A stretch of DNA of 64,000 bases from Takakia lepidozioides (Eukaryota > Plantae > Bryophyta): the NCBI GenBank assembly GCA_030704615.1, contig CM060733.1, forward strand, positions 62,806,001 to 62,870,000. The letters run 5' to 3'. A program made the position numbers and the translations under genes. A model generated the notes under the pieces. That model did no database searches, was not told the origin of the DNA, and saw only the letters and a program-made list of their open reading frames with translations. Numbering within the stretch: the stretch's first letter is position 1; every line of letters begins with the position of its first letter. Of the stretch, positions 12,900 through 24,200 are shown piece after piece.

Positions 12900-13880
12900 T
12901 GCGTTTAATGTTTTTGTCTAATCCTATGGAAGAGAGGGGCGTTGCCCCGGGGTCGCTTATCTTCCATCTGAAGTGAGTTCTTGAAGCGTTGACATAAATG
13001 AGTTATAACTCTAGTTGTCAGTGGCTGACGACACTGAAGTTTTCACCACTAGCACAGACTCCAGACTCATCTTCCCACTTTCCAGGTCTGGACACCTGAT
13101 GCATGGTTGAACGCTGTTGCTGCCCAAGTGAGTCTTGAAAACTCTCACATTATCACCAATGGTCGATTGAATCCTCCATGAGACTCTTGAAACGCTATCT
13201 TCCACTGCTAGTTTCTTCGTCCCCTTCTTCCGTGCACAAAAGAAAAGATGGCAGAGTTAATTGTAGTACTTCCAGGCCATTCACATGTGATCAATTGCTT
13301 TTGCAAGTTGAAGTACGAAGTACAAGCGTATTGCACCATATGTACTTGTGACACGGCTGCCCAGTGACGGATGATCAAAGGGAGCTGACAATGCTAAGCC
13401 TCTGCATTGACTGACGGGTCATGACAGAAAGTCAAGGACAACGTGGTGAGGGCACCTCTTCTTCAATCTATTTCAGCCTGGTTTGCCCTCTCATCAGACT
13501 CCTCCTTGATTTTGCATGTTGAATTGTGTAAGTTAGCTCGTTGGGTGGATCTATGGTGGTTTAGAGTGATTTTGACATGTTATCCAAATGGGCCTGGTCG
13601 CCATCGACAATCAGGTGTCCCATCTGGGTCTGTTTTGCACGACAGGGCCTATCAGGTGACGGTGGGCAATTTTCCAGGGTGTACCTGTCCCGACTTTGTG
13701 TGCATGCGTGAGGAAGCTCTAGGGAAGAGAGGGAAATGGGTTCCCTGCAAGCATCTTTACTACATTTTTTTGCGCAGGATGTATTGTGATCCCAAAAGAG
13801 ACCAAATCATTCACCAAGCGACACTTGGTCTTGGTGAGGTACGGACACTTTTGCAGCGAGACATCGACAATAACGAGTAG
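12900..13880 (+). mobile_element. Degenerate TE ORF ending in a SWIM zinc finger (13640-13880)
   Basis: YQVTVGNFPGCTCPDF...GKRGKWVPCKHLYYIF is a SWIM motif (CxC..CxH); upstream frames are broken and no exon structure is evident. Confidence 0.7.
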
Positions 13881-14149
13881 TGTTGCATATGTTGCAATTT
13901 TTTGCCATGTCCAAAAGGGCTGCCTTGTTTGTAGAACATCTATACACAGTTCTTCAATAAGGACAAGTTGGCGATGTCTCGTTATGAAAGGTCGTTTTTT
14001 TTTTCATCGGGATGGTTTACGAGCCTCTAAAACTGTGTGTGTCAATGCACACCACTTCTGCCCCTACCCCCCACTCAAAAAAAATAAAAAAAATAAAAAA
14101 TTGGGGAGGTTTTTTGTTCGCGGGGCTGCCAAACATGGACAAGTCTCAC

Positions 14150-15600
14150 TATGAAAGCTCATTTTTTTTTTTCACCTCCTCTTCAGAAGCATTGCGTAAA
14201 CGAGCTTCATGATGACCATCTGATTTTTTTTCCACCTCTTCTTCAATAACAAGCACCTGAACAAGTTTCACAATGACAGCTCATTTGTTTTCCACCTCCT
14301 CTTCACAAACAAACCCTAAATAAGCATTCATGATGACCATCTATTTTTTTTTCACGTCTTCTTCAATAACTTTTCACCTAAACAAGTTTAGACCTCATTA
14401 TTTTTTCACCTCCTCTTCTCAAACAAACTCTAAAGAAGCATTCATGATGACCATCTGAATTTTTTTCTCCTCTTCTTCAATAACCCAAACCTGAATAAGT
14501 TTACAGCTCATTTGTTTTCCACCTCCTCTTCCAAACAAACCCTGAATCAGCATTCATGATGACCATCTGATTTTTTTTCCACCTCTTCTTCAATAACAAA
14601 AACCTGAACAAGAGACAATGAGAGCTCAATTTTTTTCACCGCTTCATCACAAACAAACCCTAAATAAGCATTCATGATGACCATCTGATTTGTTTTTCAC
14701 CTCTTCTTCAATAACATAAACCTGAACAAATTTGACAATGAGAGCTCAATTTTTTTCACCTCTTCTTCTCAAACAAACCCTAAGTAAGCATTCATGATGA
14801 CCATCTGATTTTTTTTTCACCTCTTCTTCAATAACATAAACCTGAACAAGTTTGACAGTGATAGAGCTCAATTTTTTTTCACCTCTTCTTCACAAACAAA
14901 CCCTAAATAAGCATTCATGATGACCATATGATTTTTTTTCACCTCTTCTTCAATAACAGAAACCTGAACAAGTTTGACAATGAGAGAGCTCAATTTTTTT
15001 TTCACCTCTTCTTCACAAACAAACCCTAAATAAGCATTCATGATCACCATCTGTTTTTTTTTTCACCTCTTCTTCAATAACAGAAACCTGAACAAGTTTC
15101 ACAATGATAGCTCAATTTGTTTTTCATCTCTTTTTCACAAATAAACCCTAAATAAGCATTCACAATGACAATGTGTTTTTTTTCACCTCTTCTTCAATAA
15201 CAAAAACCTGAACAAGTTTCACAATAAACCGCTCATTTTGTTTCACCTCTTCTTCACAAACAAAGCCTAAATAAGCTTGAAGATGACAATTTGTTTAATT
15301 TTCACCTCATCTACATTAACAAAAACCTTTGCTTGTTTCACAATGAGAGGTCATTTTTTTGGGCCTCTTCTTGACCATCCGCCGTATTTTTAACCTCTCC
15401 TTCAATCCATCATCCATCCACCATCCATCCAGCATGGATGGAATATTGGAAACGTCAGTTAGCTTCACAATGAGCATCCAAACTTTTCTTACCTCTTGTT
15501 CATGCAAGAAACCCTAAATAAGATTCATGATGACTCACCCAACCTTTTGTTTTTCACCTCTTCTTTAGTAACAAAACCTTAGTAAGCTTCACAATGACCA
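14150..15600. repeat. Tandem array of ~120-bp units, each made of two ~60-bp subunits; roughly 11-12 units with degenerate edges
   Basis: Recurrent T(n)CACCTCTTCTTCAATAACAnAAACCTGAACAAGTTT.ACAATGA.AGCTCA alternating with T(n)CACCTCTTCTTCACAAACAAACCCTAAATAAGCATTCATGATGACCATCTGA. Confidence 0.95.
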
Positions 15601-16539
15601 TTCCATTTTGTCTATACCTCTTTTTTTAAGCGCTATAACTGCTTCCACGATAATAAGACCCTCTCTAAATAGAGGACTCGGGTATGGGCCCTGCTTCTCC
15701 CTCCACTAAACCCCTGGGCTCACGCTTAGAGGGCAAAGCGTGAGCCGAGCTCTTGGGCTCATGCGGCTAGGCTCACGCCGTAGCTACGCTCCTGCGCTGG
15801 GTCCAACCCACCTGGCGACGCGCGGGCGTGGCAAGATGGTACGACGCACCGGATGGCGACGCCCGGGCGTTGCAAAAAGAGGCTGCGGGGCTGACGTCGC
15901 ACGCTCCGCGCGCGGGGGCGTGGCTGGCGTCGCTAACCCCTCCTATTTGCAGTAGCGCCTCAAGGCCCACAATGAGCTAGCTTCCTTGCCTTAGCTCTCG
16001 AAAGACACCCTTTCCTAACTAGGGAGCTTCAAGCTCCACTCCCTAGGACCTAGGCTCCCTCTAGCAAACTAAACTACAACAAAGCAAGAGCAAAGCAAAG
16101 AAATGAACTAGGTGAAGAAACAAGGAAGCCTTGCCCTTCTTTTATACTATTTTTGGGGCTCTTAAAATATTGTAGGATAGTCTTAAACTAATATAAACTA
16201 GAGGGAGATATATAAAAACTACTAAAGTGCAATAAACAAATATTTGGATGGAACTCATCCGAGAAACCGGTCAAAGGGATTTTCCTCATCCTGTTTGACC
16301 GCTAGATGGCGGTTATCATCCGCACAACCCCTAAGGCGAATTTAAGCCTTTTCCTCCAATGAAATCCATAGAAAATCATTTAAATCGGTTGCCGCAAGTG
16401 TCGTAGCCTTGTAATTCGGTGCCGTTGATAACCTTAACCATAAATCACAAAATTTGGTGATAAATTATGATTAGGTGCTCCATAATGCCTCTCATTTTAC
16501 AACAATTGGGACATTATGGCGCACGCGCGAGCTGACTGG

Positions 16540-17000
16540 TGGGCCCCGCGCACGGACGCCCGGCTCCCCCCACCCGGACCCCCCCGCCCGCCGCTGTGCG
16601 CGGTCGCCCACCTGCTGCTGCGGCCCCACTAGCCGCGCCCCTAGTCCGGTGCGGCCAGTCCGCCCGCCAGTCCGCTGCCCGTGAGTCCAGTTCCCCTCAG
16701 TCCGCCAAACCGTCAGTCTGCCGGCCAGTCTGTTGTGCACGCCAGTCCGTTGTGCCAGTCCCCGCAAGTCCACCCAACAGTCCGTTGTGCCCGTCTGCTG
16801 CCCCCCCAGTCTGCCAGTCTGCCAGTCCGTACCGGCTGAAGGATCTGGATCGTCCATTATGAGAAACCCATCCGTGCCATCCATGCCAGTCCGTTGTGCC
16901 AGTCCCGGCCAGTCCACCCAACAGTCTGCTCGCCAGTCCGCCGCCCATGAGTCCGCTTTCCTCCAGTCCACTGATGATGCCGCCTCTGGACCGTCCGTTC
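16540..17000. repeat. GC-rich short tandem repeat region (GCCAGTCC-like units) in a probable TE remnant spanning ~15650-17050
   Basis: Many CAGTC(C/T)G motifs and a duplicated GCCAGTCCGTTGTGCCAGTCCCG..AGTCCACCCAACAGTC block. Confidence 0.7.
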
Positions 17001-17599
17001 GCAAATGCCATCTGAGCCCTCCATTTTTAGGGCATGAATTCTAAGCCGCCTGCCACTTGCCAGCAGCCGCGAATGTGCGCACTAATGCTCCTTGCACGTC
17101 GTCCATCGTGTCCAGTGTACCGCGGCGCGTTTCTTGCAGGTTCTGACGCGTGTCCTCTGTACTGTATAGGGCATGAACGTGGAAGCAGAAGGTGATGATA
17201 TACTAAAAACGGGATGCTGGATTACACGGCCTATCTCGACAAAGTTTGCAAACACCCAAACCAGGACCCTTCAACACGAATGACCTCCAATGGAAGAGAG
17301 ACACGCAATATGGTTATATGGGTGCCAGACAGAATGTTTTGAAGGCCTGCATACCGTGGGATAGAGTTGATGACTTTCTCCTTGGAGAGGAGAGTTTGGT
17401 GGACTACCCCACTCAGTTTTGAGTGAATGTCCATACTAAAGTGCAACCCGGCATGCTAAAAGAGCCGAGAGCCAGCAGTTCTCTGAACAATATCATGTGT
17501 GCTCCATCCTCATCGTCCTTTTGTAGTCTGATTGCATGTCTGTTGCCATTTTTCGTACCCACGTTCTGTGATTTCATGCTTCCAGAAGTCGATGGATAT

Positions 17600-18228
17600 C
17601 CATTGTGATTTTTATGTCTAGGTATCAATGCTGCTACGGTCCAGATGACAAGCGCACCAACAATGCGATAGTGGAGGATCCCAAACTGAAACGTGGAGGA
17701 CCTCTTGTGGGTGCTGGAACATCTCACCCTCATAAAGGCCCAAGGAGAAAGAAGTCGAAATATGGAGAGTCTTACAAGCGTGGTTGCCAGTGCTGTTTCA
17801 AGGTCCAGCAATGCTATCTCGCCCTCGACATTTGTGTCCTCACGTACTATAACAATATGGAGCATACAGACGCGAAAGGGAACGCCTGTCATGGGAAGTC
17901 CGTTGAGTTCATGAACACTCGCCACGCCTATGCACCACACATTAGCGAGGAATTGAAAGCATGGGTCATGGAGTGTCTGTGCCGAGGCCTGTCAGTCGCC
18001 CAAATCATGATGGAACATAAAGAGCACGTCATGAACAACACCGGGTTGGGGGATGCATGGACACGAGACAATTTTTTGCTGGAGCAGGATGTGCGCAACC
18101 TGGCTGAGAAACGGGCGTGGCAAACGTTCAAAAAACATGCCAACGATGCGGAGAGTGTCCGCATGTGGAAAGACTAGAACCCGAAATCGGTCTTCTTCTA
18201 TCAAGAGGAGAAATTGGCGCTAACATTC
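17600..18228 (+). mobile_element. MULE/SWIM-family transposase N-terminal fragment, truncated by a fold-back
   Basis: KRGCQCCFKV..HTD.KGNACHG..APHISEELKAWV..GLSVAQI..RD.FL.EQDVRN..H.NDAESVRMW..NPKSVFFYQE resembles plant MULE-derived SWIM proteins upstream of the DDE domain. Confidence 0.8.
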
Positions 18229-18321
18229 GTCATCGTAGTGCTTGAATGTTAGCGCCAATTTCTCCTCTTGATAGAAGAAGACCGATTTCGGGTTCTGGTC
18301 TTTCCACATGCGGACACTCTC
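18151..18321. repeat. Inverted repeat: 78-bp arms (18151-18228 and 18244-18321), 15-nt loop, one mismatch
   Basis: GAGAGTGTCCGCATGTGGAAAGAC(T)AGAACCCG...CTAACATTC is followed by its reverse complement GAATGTTAG...GGTTCTGGTCTTTCCACATGCGGACACTCTC. Confidence 0.97.
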
Positions 18322-18379
18322 AGTGAGTCAGTGTAGTCTGCATCTACCCTGAATTCTGCAATCAACTCATGGAGATTGT

Positions 18380-18850
18380 TTTGTTCAATCTAAATACTAA
18401 GCATGTTGTGACTGCCCCTACAACCCCCAATGCAATGGCTTGACCGAGCGCTTTAACCAAACCATGTGTAAGATGCTGGAGAAAAATGAGACCCTTATCG
18501 AAGAGTGGGACATTGTCATTTCTATTTTGTTGTTTGTCTACTGTACTTCCATTCATACTAGTACAAGATATCACCCTTTGAGTTATTGTATGGTAGGAAA
18601 TGTCGTAGCCCTTTGCATATTTCCTGGCTGCAAGTTTCTGCTACAAAGCCTAAAAACTGGGAAGAATTGATGCCTAATGGCGTCAATTGCGTGAAATTGC
18701 TAAGTCTAACATTCATTTTGCTCAAGCTTCCTAGGCTAAACATTACAATCGCAAGATAGTGTATTCTGAATCCTTTAAAGTTGGGATATCTGTTTGTGTA
18801 CGACTTCAGGCTGATAAACAGATTTCTAAGGCTAAAGAATTGATGGGCCC
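18380..18850 (+). mobile_element. Integrase C-terminal fragment of another gypsy-like element
   Basis: Degenerate HVVTAPYNPQCNGLTERFNQTMCKML..EWD..LFVY.TS.H.ST.Y.P (rve core end). Confidence 0.75.
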
Positions 18851-19349
18851 CATTTTATCACTGAGATATTACCCGGTAGGCAGTATGTTCTACTCCCTCA
18901 GCATGCATCTACTCCTGCTCTTGCTAGTTCTATTTATGTATCTTTGTTGGTCCTTGTATTCTGACCTTCGATTTGACTTGTCTTAATGTTGAGAACAGAC
19001 AGGTGATTTACACCCCTACTCGGGCTGCTCTCTCCAGATTGCAGTCAGCTAATTCAGAGCCTTAGTCAGTTCTTCATTTTTTTTTCGTGATAGTTTCTGG
19101 CATCAACTTGTATCATGCATGGGGTTTTTTCCAGTTGGATCTTTTGTCCTTCACCCATCTTGCAGGGCAAGGTTTTGTTCTGCTGGTTTTTTCATCCCAT
19201 GTATGACAAGTGCCTAGTCTTGTAGTCATGTTTTGTTAGTTCCTGTTTTCTTTCTCAGCTCGCAGGAGCTCGCTCCTTCTTGTGAGGCCAGCATGCTTCA
19301 CATATGTGAGGACTTGATTCCTACCTACCTGATTTTTAGACATGGATGA

Positions 19350-19950
19350 ATGATGATACGGATGAAGCGGGATGTACACGCTCGTTAAAGTGTGATGGAT
19401 GGAGCATGAATGAGACGGGATGAAACTTATCGTTAGTCCTGGATGGATGAGGCTAGAATAGCCGTTACGTATTAAGCGCCGGTACAGCTGGCTGTATTAA
19501 GTTAGAATTGTCTTTTAGTTAACAGTTAGAATAGGATTAGATTAGGTGATGTGGCCTCATTGTGTGGCCTAGCTGGGACGACATCTGGCTGGCCAATAGA
19601 AGGCGGCCGTTTGGCTTAGATTAGATTACGTGCTTAAGTACTATATAAATCAGCACGCTCAGGCAAAGTGGGTGGTGGATTTGATCTCAAGTGTTGTACG
19701 GTGTGTTTGTGTTGAAACTGGAAGTGTGCATGAGTGCTTGGATGAATGTGTGTTGGAAAGGTGTATCATTGTGACAGATTCCATCCTATTTAGCAAGTTC
19801 ATTTTTCACACTCATCCATCTGTTTATCATCCAACTGTTCATTCATCCATCATTTATTCATCTGCTGCTTTCAGGTGGGAAAGACCATTGCCTTTTATTA
19901 TGTCGTCCAGCTTGTTTCCGCGGTAAAGGGTGCCAATCCGCGGGAATACA
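19350..19950 (+). repeat. Probable LTR of a different family
   Basis: TG start, TATATAAAT box at ~19642, TTTCCGC-type end finishing ...GGGAATACA. No TSD found; boundaries approximate. Confidence 0.35.
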
Positions 19951-20779
19951 CTCCACTTCTTCCTGGGCGCGTGGTGACACGGTCTTCAAGTGTGATGACG
20001 TGGAGTGAGCCCCATGATGTGGCATTGGCGGAAGGTGACGTGGCGTGAGCGTAGTTGCGCTCATGCGCTCACGTGACCAGGCTCATGCCGAGGCATCCCT
20101 GATATTGATACAGGGGAGACTTCCGACAAGGAGCTGGATGACGACTTTGCCTGTGAGTAAGTTCAACCTGTGGATGCTTGCATTGTTGTTTCAATACCCA
20201 GAATCACTGTTCTTAAGGCAAAGTGCACATGGGAGATATCCTCTTCGTTGGACTTGTGCATTGCATCATTGTGTTCAAAATTGGTTTTTGTCCACTTGTG
20301 CAGGAGTCCGCGTGCTTCCACTGACCCTCCAGGGCTATCACACCTTTTTGGACTTCTTTCAAGTCTTCCTCAGTCTTACGTTCTACCTGTCTATGCGGAG
20401 GCACTCGCAGCAAGCCTGTCCATTCATGGCACTCGCAGTCCAACCATCGACGGCCGTGGTAGAAGACGTGGTGTTGGGGCCGGAATCTTTGTGGATGACA
20501 TAGCACAGGAGGTCGATACTGATTTTGATGACTGTAACACTTGATATGAAGTTTTCTTTTGCTTTCATTCGGGGCCAATTTTGAAATGGGATGGTTGTGT
20601 GTCATTGTTGTCATGTTTGCAATGTGTGCGTGGGATGCAAATTCATGGGAACAAACTATTGTTGGAGATGGGGGTTGCATGGACTGCCCGGATTGTTCCT
20701 TCAATCTATTTAGTGTTTTGCGGAGCTCACAGGCTTGTGTGCATTGCAAAAACAAACAAACGTCTTTGGTTCGGGTAGA

Positions 20780-21050
20780 GCATTCTCGCATCATTTGCTC
20801 GTTGGTCTCCAAACCATTCCTGCTAGAAGAATGCTTGGTAAATCCATCATGATAAAGTCCACGTGATCAAAGAGCGTTCAGGCTTTGTCAATTCTGGTGA
20901 GCATCCATGATGCTCCCGCACATACCTGGCATGTTCGCAAGGGTGGTGAGTAAGAAAAGATTTTGCAGGGATCCGCTTTGGATGATGTGAGTGTGCACCT
21001 GCTCACGACGTAGGCACATTCCAATGTGGGGGCTTGGTATGTTGATAACG
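20780..21050 (-). pseudogene. Second degenerate PLS PPR fragment
   Basis: EQVHTHIIQSG.LQNLFLLTTLANM.GMCGSIMDAHQ..PERSLITW; shares nucleotide similarity with 9675-9730. Confidence 0.65.
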
Positions 21051-21259
21051 TCTAAATGGATGCAATGGATAGAAAGGATGGATACAATGGATGTAACACA
21101 TCCAGTTTGCATTCCCTGGAAATGGCTGATCAACCCGCGGTAATAGGTGACACCCGCGGAAATAGGCCCTGTATGCATGCTGACGTGGCGTGAGCCTGTG
21201 CTGGGCTCACGGTTTCCTGGGCTCACAGGCTCACGCCTCTGGGCTCACAGAATAGCACC

Positions 21260-24200
21260 CCCCATACGGTGGAGGAGTCATTTGAAAGAGCCAAGAGAAT
21301 TGAGCAATTGGGGATGCTCAGGAGAGAGAAAAGGGATGATGAGGACTCTAAAGATGAGTCAGATGAGGAAGAAGAGCAAGAGCTCAAGAGGAAGAGTAAG
21401 AAGAAGGAGAAGTTGAAGAGGGATAACTATGAGAAAAAACAGGAAGAAATCTTGAAGAAGTATGCCACAGAGGCTGCAACACATTGGAGGAAGGGTGTTT
21501 GGTGTGCAAAATGCCAGAATGAAGGCCATACCACAGCTGAATGCCACATGAAGGAGAAACAATATACTATCTGTAAAATGGATAACCATTCTACTGAGAA
21601 TTGTTATTACAACAGAAGGACAGCTGCAAGAGAACCTGGGCAAGTGAGGGTGCATCAAGTGCAGCCCCAGCCAAGAAGAAACAATGATCAAGACCACTAT
21701 GGTAGGCCTAGTGGATATAACAATGGTATGGCAGGGAGAGGTAATCCAAGAGGGAATTACCAAGGCAATCCCAGAGGCAACTATCAGGGTAATCCAAGGG
21801 GGAATTACCAGCCAGGGAATCAGGATTATAGAAATAATCCCAGAACAGACCAAGCGCGAGGACCCAATGGTGAAGAACTGTGTTACTATTGTAACCAGGC
21901 AGGACATCGCAAAGCAGCCTGTCCATTCTGGATCAGACACCAAAATGAGATGAGAGCTCCTGTGAATGAAGGCCCAGTAGTGGCATCTCACATGGTTATG
22001 CCATGTTTTGTACCAGAAGTAAGTACAATGATAGTTACCAGAAGCAAAGTTAAACTAATACCTCCAGTGGATGAGGAAGAAGATGTTAATGAAGATGGCA
22101 GTGATGTGCCTGAAGATGATGAGGCTTGGAAGGATGAGAATGAACTGCACAAGGAAGTGACTGATACTATAAGGGAAATGCAGAAGGATACTGATATCCC
22201 TATGGCAGATTCTTTTGACTCTGAAAGAGAAGATGAAGAAGGTGAAGAGAAAGTGAAGCAGGAGGCTTCACAAGTGCAGGGTAATGAAGGGACTTTGGCT
22301 GAAGTAATATGCCAGTCCAAAGCTGAGATTACCATTGGACAGCTATTGGCTGTGGCACCTCATTATAGGCAGAGGCTGTATCAAGCAATCAATCAGATTG
22401 CTCATGTGGCAGAAAACACAGACCTGAATAGTAAGGTGACCAGTTATAATGTGAAGCCTGAAGGGCGAGAAACAGTCATGGAGTTTGATGATTCTATGCC
22501 AGTAATCCAATTGAGAATTGGAAGCACAGACTTGACTGATGTACTGATAGATGGAGGTTCAGGAGTGAATATTATGACAGACCAGTTAAGGTAGAAGCTT
22601 GGTCTAAGTAACATGAAACCAGCCCCATTCACAGTAACAATGGCAGATCAAAGGAGTGTATAGCCATTAGGCTTGATAAGAGGAGTTAAGATACAGATCC
22701 AGAAGAAGATCTTTAAGATCACAGTGACTATGTTGAAAATGGATGATGTTATGGAAGCTTACTCCTTATTGCTGGGTCGACCATGGCTGAAACAGGCCAG
22801 GGTATTCCATGACTGGAATTCCTAGCTACTTACTGTGCATGATTGGAGGCACAAGATACAGGCCACCACTAAGAAATCTAGTAGGCTACCTGCTACCAGA
22901 AGACCTCGTGGAGTCAGAGAGTGTGATTGGAGGGGAGGACTTGATGAGGAGCAGGAAACTACACTGTTTGCTGTACACCCAGAGTGGGAACAAGTTGTAG
23001 AAATGCAACTGGGAGGCCTGAGTTGCTTTAAAGATATCTGCTGTGGTGCAGTAACAACAATACCAATTGAGGGGGAAACAAGTAGTTACCCAACACATTT
23101 CTATTAGGAAAGGGAAAGGGAAATGGAAATCCTAGAAGAACCAGCCACTGTGAGTTTACAGGATGAAGTAGTGGCTGGATGGACAATCACAACTGAAGAG
23201 CAGGTGAGAGAAGTGAATGTGGGAACTGAGGAGGAACCAAGAATGGTGAAAGTGGGGGCTGACTAGGAGCCATAATTCTTTGAGGAAGCTAAGAGCTTGT
23301 TCATCGAATACAGAGATGTATTTGCTTGGAGCTATGAAGATTTGAAAGGGATACCACCTGAGATCTGCTAGCATAAGATTGAACTGGAACTAGGGTCAGT
23401 ACCAATCAAACAGGCAAGGTACATGATGAATCCCAACTATGCACAAAAGGTTGGGGAAGAGATCAAGAAGCTGGCTGAGGCTAAGTTCATATACCCGATA
23501 GAGTATATGACTTGGCTATCACCCATTGTGATAGTTCCCAAGAAGAATGGTAAACTGAGAGTTTGTGTGAACTATAAGAAGTTGAATGTTTGTACAAAGA
23601 AAGATCCCTATCCTTTGCCATTCACAGAAGCTGTACTGGACACTGTGGCAGGCCATGAGATGTACTCATTCATGGATGGCTTCAGTGGGTATAACCAAGT
23701 TCAAGTGGCAGAAGAAGACCAGAGAAAGACCGCTTTTATCACAGACTGGGGTGCTTATGCATACAAAGTCATGCCTTTTGGACTTTGTAATGCACCAACA
23801 ACTTTTCAAAGGGTGATAAGTGAATCCTTCCATGAGTATCTGGATGATTTCATGCAAGTGTTCTTAGATGACTTCAGTGTGTATAGCTCTAAGAATGAGC
23901 ACTTGCAGAAGTTGGAGTTATGTTTGGCTAGATGCAGGATGAGAGGTCGTGGTCTGAATCCAGAAAAGTGTACTTTCTGTGTGAATTCAGGGGTACTACT
24001 GGGACACATTGTGTGTAAGAAGAGACTGCTTGTGGATCCTAGAAAGACAGAGGCTATTAAAGCCTCACCACCACCAAGTAACGTTAAGGGTCTAAGGAGG
24101 TTCCTTGGACAAACTACTTATTATAGAAGGTTTGTCAGACGGTATGCACAGATGGCAGCTCCATTGAGCAAGCTTTTGAAGAAGGATGCAGTGTTTGCAT

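Noticed and set aside
14310-15150. Interstitial telomere tract
   Set aside because: Only single AAACCCTAAA motifs per 120-bp unit, not tandem (CCCTAAA)n.
14150-15600. CRISPR-like array (also considered for 53445-55470)
   Set aside because: The sequences between the repeated cores are themselves repeated rather than unique spacers; no cas genes; eukaryotic context.
16475-17044. Overlapping 100-170 aa ORFs on both strands
   Set aside because: Arise from GC-rich short repeats lacking stop codons; no recognisable domain.
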